DNA of 64,000 nucleotides, from assembly GCA_963827235.1 (NCBI GenBank), contig CAWHAE010000009.1, positions 544,001 through 608,000 on the forward strand. Reading direction: 5' to 3'. This document shows, one piece after another, positions 59,314 to 64,000 of the stretch. Position 1 is the stretch's first letter. Every line of letters starts with the position of its first letter. A model generated the notes under the pieces. That model was not told the origin of the DNA. It saw nothing but the letters and a program-made list of their open reading frames with translations, and did not search any database. The DNA is from an uncultured bacterium (lineage in GTDB: Bacteria; Chloroflexota; UBA5177; JANWHV01). The position numbers and the translations under genes were made by a program.

Positions 59314-59874
59314 ATGGAACGGCCGGATCTGCCGCAGCTCAGCTTCGACGAGTACTACATGGGCCTCGCCATCGCCGTCAGGCGGCGCGCGAACTGCGTG
59401 GGTACCCGGGTCGGGGCCATCCTCGTCAAGAACAATCGCGTGCGGGCGACCGGCTACAACGGCGTGCCCGAGCACATGACGAACTGCGTGGAAGGCGGCT
59501 GCGAGCGCTGCTCCAATCGGGAGAAGTATGGCGGCGGCGAAGCGTACGATCTCTGCATCTGCGTGCACGCCGAACAGAACGCGCTGATGGTCGCCGCGCG
59601 CTACGGCATCGCGGTAAACGGCGCTCTCATCTATACCACGGTGCGGCCGTGCTTCGGCTGCACCAAGGAGCTGCTACAGGCCGGCGTGGTAGGCGTGCGC
59701 TACCTCTATGATTGGAAGCCGCGGCCCGAGGCCGAGGGCGCCTACCGCCTGATTCAGGGCCGCTTCGGCGAGGGGATCAAGCGCGTGATCGTTCCCGACC
59801 CGGACGAAGCCTGGGCCATGCCGCCTCGGTCGCGCGAGCTGCCCGCGGGCGGGCAGGAACCGGCGATGAACTGA
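59314..59874 (+). CDS. dCMP deaminase family protein (ComEB-like)
   Basis: RANC..VGA, TGYNG, HAEQNA, PCFGC. Confidence 0.9.
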   Translation: MERPDLPQLSFDEYYMGLAIAVRRRANCVGTRVGAILVKNNRVRATGYNGVPEHMTNCVEGGCERCSNREKYGGGEAYDLCICVHAEQNALMVAARYGIAVNGALIYTTVRPCFGCTKELLQAGVVGVRYLYDWKPRPEAEGAYRLIQGRFGEGIKRVIVPDPDEAWAMPPRSRELPAGGQEPAMN

Positions 59875-59913
59875 GGGCCCCGCCCTGCCCGCACGCAGCG
59901 GCCGGCGACGCGC

Positions 59914-60900
59914 TCAGTGCCCGGCAAGCGAGGCGACGGCCTGGCCGATCGCCTGCAGGGTCGCCTGATCCAGGGTGATCTCCGCCGCCTTCACGTTCTC
60001 GTCGATCTGCTCGGGGCGAGAGGCGCCGATGATGGCACTGCTCACGCCGTGCTGGCGCAGCACCCAGGCCAGGGCAAGCTGGCTCATGGTGATGCCCAGC
60101 CCCTCGGCGATCGGGCGCAGGCGGTCGACCGCCTGCAGCACCTCCTCCTGCAGGAAGCGGCCCAGGAACTGCGACGCTTCGCCGCCGATCGCGGCACGCG
60201 ACCCGGCAGGCGGCGGCTGGCCGGGCCGGTACTTGCCGGTCAGCACACCCTGGGCGAGAGGCGAGAAGACGATCTGGCCGATGCCTTCGCGCTCGCACAG
60301 CGGGAGCACTTCCTTTTCTATGTATGTCTCCAGGATGCTGTAGCGCGGCTGATTGGAGGCGATCTGGTCCATGTTGTGCCCGCGCGCGAAGGACACGGCG
60401 CTGCCTATCTGCTCCGCCGTCCACTCGCTGACCCCGGCATAGAGGATCTTGCCCTGGCTGATCAGGTCGTCGAGCGCCCGCAGCGTCTCCTCCAGCGGCG
60501 TCTCTACATCGTAGCGGTGGCACTGGTAGATATCGATATAGTCCACGCCCAGGCGCCGCAAGGAGGCGTGCGCCTGCTCCATGATGTGCTTGCGCGAGAG
60601 TCCATGGTCATTTGGGCCCTCGCCCATGTTGAAGAACACCTTGGTGGCCAGCACGTACGACGAGCGCGGGTAGTCGTGCAGGGCGCGACCCAGCACTTCC
60701 TCGGCGCCGCCGCGCCGGTAGGCGTTCGCGGTGTCGAAGAGATTGATGCCGCGGTCGAAGGCATGCTTGACGCACGCGATGGCCGTCTGATCCTCTACGT
60801 AGCCGCCATGGGTGAGCCAGTTTCCCAGCGCGATGGCGCTGACCTTCATACCCGTCTTGCCCAGCCGTCGATACTGCATCTGCTCTCTCCTGCTCGCCAC
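59914..60900 (-). CDS. Aldo/keto reductase (Kv-beta-like)
   Basis: YRRLG..G.KVS, FDTANAY, ATKV, GLSRKHI, DIYQCHR, SPLAQG.LTGKY; start may be the downstream ATG. Confidence 0.93.
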   Translation of the reverse strand: MASRREQMQYRRLGKTGMKVSAIALGNWLTHGGYVEDQTAIACVKHAFDRGINLFDTANAYRRGGAEEVLGRALHDYPRSSYVLATKVFFNMGEGPNDHGLSRKHIMEQAHASLRRLGVDYIDIYQCHRYDVETPLEETLRALDDLISQGKILYAGVSEWTAEQIGSAVSFARGHNMDQIASNQPRYSILETYIEKEVLPLCEREGIGQIVFSPLAQGVLTGKYRPGQPPPAGSRAAIGGEASQFLGRFLQEEVLQAVDRLRPIAEGLGITMSQLALAWVLRQHGVSSAIIGASRPEQIDENVKAAEITLDQATLQAIGQAVASLAGH

Positions 60901-61176
60901 GGATTGCCGTCCGGCGCCAATGCCGTGGCAGAGGCCGCGTGAGAATCCGGCCCCGCCCGGGCTTGCGCCGGCATCCGCCGACCTCCAGAAGCATACCGCG
61001 TCCCGCCGGCTCGTCTGAAGATACCCTGATTACTGCGTCGCCCCGTCGCTCGCGCGCTGCTATCATGGGCTGTACGTAGGACAGATGACCTGGACTTGAT
61101 GCCGGCACGGCACCATGCGGGCCACCTGCGTGTTGAGCGCTTATGCCTGCGCCCGTCGATGCACTGATGCAGGCCC

Positions 61177-62295
61177 GTGACCGGGGTGGGAATGACGACG
61201 AACGAGGCCGGCCCGGCCGCGGAGGGGTGGGATACGACTGAGCGCGCGGCCGGCAGCTCTTCCGCGTCTGAGCCGGCGGTGCTGGTGCGCGACGTGTGCA
61301 AGGTGTATCGCGTGCCGGAGCGCGAGGCCGGGTTCGGGGCATCGCTGCGCAGTCTCTTCCACCGCACGTTTCGCGAAGTGCGCGCGGTCGACGGCATCAG
61401 CTTCACTGTGTCGCGCGGCGAGGTGGTCGGCTTTCTGGGCCCAAACGGCGCCGGCAAGACGACCACGCTCAAGATGCTCTCCGGACTGCTCTATCCCTCC
61501 TCGGGAGAGGTGCAAGTGCTTGGGTTCCGGCCGTTCCGGCGCGAGCACGCCTTTCTGCGCCGCATCACCATGGTGATGGGCAACAAGTCGCAGCTTCAGT
61601 GGGATCTCCCGGCGGCCGACTTCTTCCAGATCAACCGAACGCTCTACCGCCTCTCGGACCAGGCATTCGGAGAGGCGCTGAGCGAGCTGGTCGACTTGCT
61701 GGATCTCGGCTCGCTGCTCAAGAAGCAGGTGCGCTCGCTGAGCTTGGGCGAGCGCATGAAGTGCGAGCTTGCCGCCGCGCTGCTCTACAGGCCCGAGGTG
61801 CTGTTTCTGGACGAGCCGACTCTTGGCCTGGACGTGACCATGCAGTCGCGCATCCGGCGCTTCGTCGCGGAATACAATGCGCGCACGGGCGCAACCGTCC
61901 TGCTCACCAGTCACTACATGGCGGACGTGACGGCGCTCTGCAAGCGCGTGATTGTGATTCACCACGGCAAGCTGCTCTACGATGGCCCGCTGGACGATCT
62001 GGCGAGCCGTATCGCGCCGTTCAAGCTGCTGCGGATCGATATCGAGCGCGAGGACGGCATTCACGCTCCCGAGCAGTACGGCGAAGTGGAGAGCCTGGAA
62101 GACGGCAAGCTGACCCTGCGGGTGCCGCGCGAGGACGCGCCGGCAATCACCGCCCGCCTGCTGGCAGACCTTCCGGTGGTCGATCTCACGGTCGAAGATC
62201 CGCCGATCGAGAGCGTGATCGCGGAAGTCTTCCGGAGTGCGCCCGGCAGCACCCTGGCAGAATCCGTATCCATGCAGGAGGCCTCGGGTTCGTGA
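61177..62295 (+). CDS. ABC transporter ATP-binding protein
   Basis: GPNGAGKT, LSLGERM, FLDEPTLGLD, TSHYM; start uncertain. Confidence 0.93.
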   Translation: MTGVGMTTNEAGPAAEGWDTTERAAGSSSASEPAVLVRDVCKVYRVPEREAGFGASLRSLFHRTFREVRAVDGISFTVSRGEVVGFLGPNGAGKTTTLKMLSGLLYPSSGEVQVLGFRPFRREHAFLRRITMVMGNKSQLQWDLPAADFFQINRTLYRLSDQAFGEALSELVDLLDLGSLLKKQVRSLSLGERMKCELAAALLYRPEVLFLDEPTLGLDVTMQSRIRRFVAEYNARTGATVLLTSHYMADVTALCKRVIVIHHGKLLYDGPLDDLASRIAPFKLLRIDIEREDGIHAPEQYGEVESLEDGKLTLRVPREDAPAITARLLADLPVVDLTVEDPPIESVIAEVFRSAPGSTLAESVSMQEASGS

Positions 62296-63080
62296 TCGCT
62301 GCACTGCGTATCTATCTGGCCCTGTCCTGGTCGGAGTTCGTGGCCTATCGCGTGGTATTCTTCCTCTACGCGCTGTGGGCTATCTTCCCTCCCCTGATCT
62401 ACCTGGCAGTCTGGGCGACGATCGCCAGCTCGACCCCAATCGGCTCCTTCACGGCGGGCGATTTCGTGGCCTACTATCTGGTGTTCATGATCGTCAACCA
62501 CCTGACCGGATCCATCGAGATCCACACCGTCGAGTGGGAGATTCGCCAGGGCACGATCTCGTCGCGCCTGCTGTTGCCGGTCCACCCGGCGATCCGGCCG
62601 CTGGCCAGCAACCTGTGCTTCAAGGGCATGGGGCTCTTCGTCGTGGTACCGGGCGTGTTGCTGCTGGCCCTCGTGTTTCATCCGCAGTTTCACACCGATG
62701 CGCCGAATGTGCTGCTGGCCGTGCCTGCAACGATGGGCGCTGCCGCTCTGCAATTCCTGCTCGGGTTTACCATTGCCATCCTGGCTTTCTGGATCACGCG
62801 TGCCGACGCGGTGAATCAGCTGCACGAGACGCTGCTCTTCATCCTCTCCGGCCAGCTTGCTCCCCTCGCTCTCCTGCCCGGCGCATTGCGCGCGCTTGCC
62901 ACCGCGCTGCCGTACCGCTATATGCTCTCCTTCCCGGTTGAAGTAGCAACGGGCAGCCTCTCGGCGAGCGCCACGGTGCTTGGCTTTTCCCTGCAGGCGG
63001 CTTGGCTCGTGGCGGGCTGGAGCCTGTTCCGCCTCGTCTGGGCACGCGGCGTGCGCCACTACTCCGCGGTAGGCGGCTAG
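62292..63080 (+). CDS. ABC-2 family permease (DUF990-type)
   Basis: GTG overlaps the upstream stop; six TM; EIRQGTI..LL.P, SGQLAPL..LP. Confidence 0.85.
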   Translation: MIAALRIYLALSWSEFVAYRVVFFLYALWAIFPPLIYLAVWATIASSTPIGSFTAGDFVAYYLVFMIVNHLTGSIEIHTVEWEIRQGTISSRLLLPVHPAIRPLASNLCFKGMGLFVVVPGVLLLALVFHPQFHTDAPNVLLAVPATMGAAALQFLLGFTIAILAFWITRADAVNQLHETLLFILSGQLAPLALLPGALRALATALPYRYMLSFPVEVATGSLSASATVLGFSLQAAWLVAGWSLFRLVWARGVRHYSAVGG

Positions 63081-63082
63081 TC

Positions 63083-63889
63083 ATGTGGGGATCGGTGCGG
63101 TTGTATGCCGCCATCTTCGCCGTGTATGTGCGGGCCTCGCTGCAAAACGAGCTGGCCTACCGCGCGAATTTCGTCGTGAACATCGGCCTGGCGCTGGTCG
63201 GCCTGGCCAACGCCTTGATCGGAGTGTCCGTGATCTTCTCCCATACCACGACGCTGAGCGGCTGGACCTTCGCCGAGACTCTCGTCTTGCTCAGCGTTTA
63301 CACCATCGTCAACGGGCTGCTCAACGTCTTCGTGGCGCCGAATCTCGATCAGTTGAGCGAGAGCATTCGCCAGGGCACGCTGGACTTCACGCTGCTCAAG
63401 CCGGCCAGCAGCCAGTTCCTGGTCAGCTTCCAGCGTTGCCTGATCTGGGGGCTGACCGACGTCGTGCTCGGCGCCGGCCTGCTGGTGTATAGCTTGACCA
63501 GGCTATCGGGCGAAGGCGGATTAGGCGCCGGCCGGCTGGCCCTGTTTGCTCTCACCCTGGCGGCAGGAGTGGTCGTGCTGTACTGCCTGTGGACCATGTT
63601 GGCCACCTTCGCCTTCTGGTTCGTACGCATCGACAACATGACCACCCTGCTGCACACGTTCTTCGGCATGGGCCGGTTCCCGGTCGACGCCTACCCGCTA
63701 TGGCTGCGCCGCGTGCTCACGTTCGTGATACCGGTGGCGTTGATTACCACCGTGCCGGCGGAGGCGCTGAGCGGGCGGCTGGCGCCTATCGTCCCGTGTG
63801 TCTCGACGGCGGCCGCCGTGATCATGGTCTGGCTGAGCACCCGGCTCTGGCGGCTCGGTCTTCGCCAGTACACCAGCGCGTCGAGCTAA
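63083..63889 (+). CDS. ABC-2 family permease (DUF990-type), second subunit
   Basis: YRANF, GWTF.E, IRQGTLDF.LLKP, RFP...YP, YTSASS. Confidence 0.88.
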   Translation: MWGSVRLYAAIFAVYVRASLQNELAYRANFVVNIGLALVGLANALIGVSVIFSHTTTLSGWTFAETLVLLSVYTIVNGLLNVFVAPNLDQLSESIRQGTLDFTLLKPASSQFLVSFQRCLIWGLTDVVLGAGLLVYSLTRLSGEGGLGAGRLALFALTLAAGVVVLYCLWTMLATFAFWFVRIDNMTTLLHTFFGMGRFPVDAYPLWLRRVLTFVIPVALITTVPAEALSGRLAPIVPCVSTAAAVIMVWLSTRLWRLGLRQYTSASS

Positions 63890-64000
63890 TGCCGGACCAG
63901 GGCGCTTCGAGTCCCAGAGCGGATGGCGCCGGCAGGCCCGGGACCGCCGGGCTCGTGGCTGCCCGGCAGGGGCCGGCGCACCTGTCAGAGAACTGACACC

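Overview
High-GC bacterial chromosomal segment; gene content is compatible with an uncultured Chloroflexota-like organism, but that is inference only. The left third is mostly housekeeping (ppk1, Ca2+/H+ antiporter, peptidases, a decayed glpX in front of rho, cysS, rlmB). An intergenic region at 16.23-16.59 kb has the layout of a DnaA-dependent replication origin (AT-rich segment, DnaA-trios, tandem boxes, phased degenerate box arrays), although dnaA is not in the window. About 4-5 kb away are a parS-like palindrome and a MerR-HTH/coiled-coil gene with a RacA-like basic-hydrophobic tail. The centre holds purB, a long-form ispG, a ROK kinase, a DUF1778/GNAT toxin-antitoxin pair, tRNA-Glu(CTC) and three large Thr/Ser/Gly-rich secreted proteins with YFAEGYTG (DUF5719-like) C-terminal domains. 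Two of these share a near-identical 1.4-kb 3' end and are bracketed by a 14-bp direct repeat. Further right are a Y1 HUH transposase-like gene inside 47-bp inverted repeats, a frameshifted YfhO-like GT-C gene, nfo, a second TA pair, GtrA, an ABC-F, an ATPase preceded by an inverted repeat with perfect 24-bp arms, dCMP deaminase and an ABC-2 exporter. Several single-base frameshifts between 33 and 49 kb may be sequencing or polishing errors. All calls were made by eye from the sequence and the ORF track; no searches were run.
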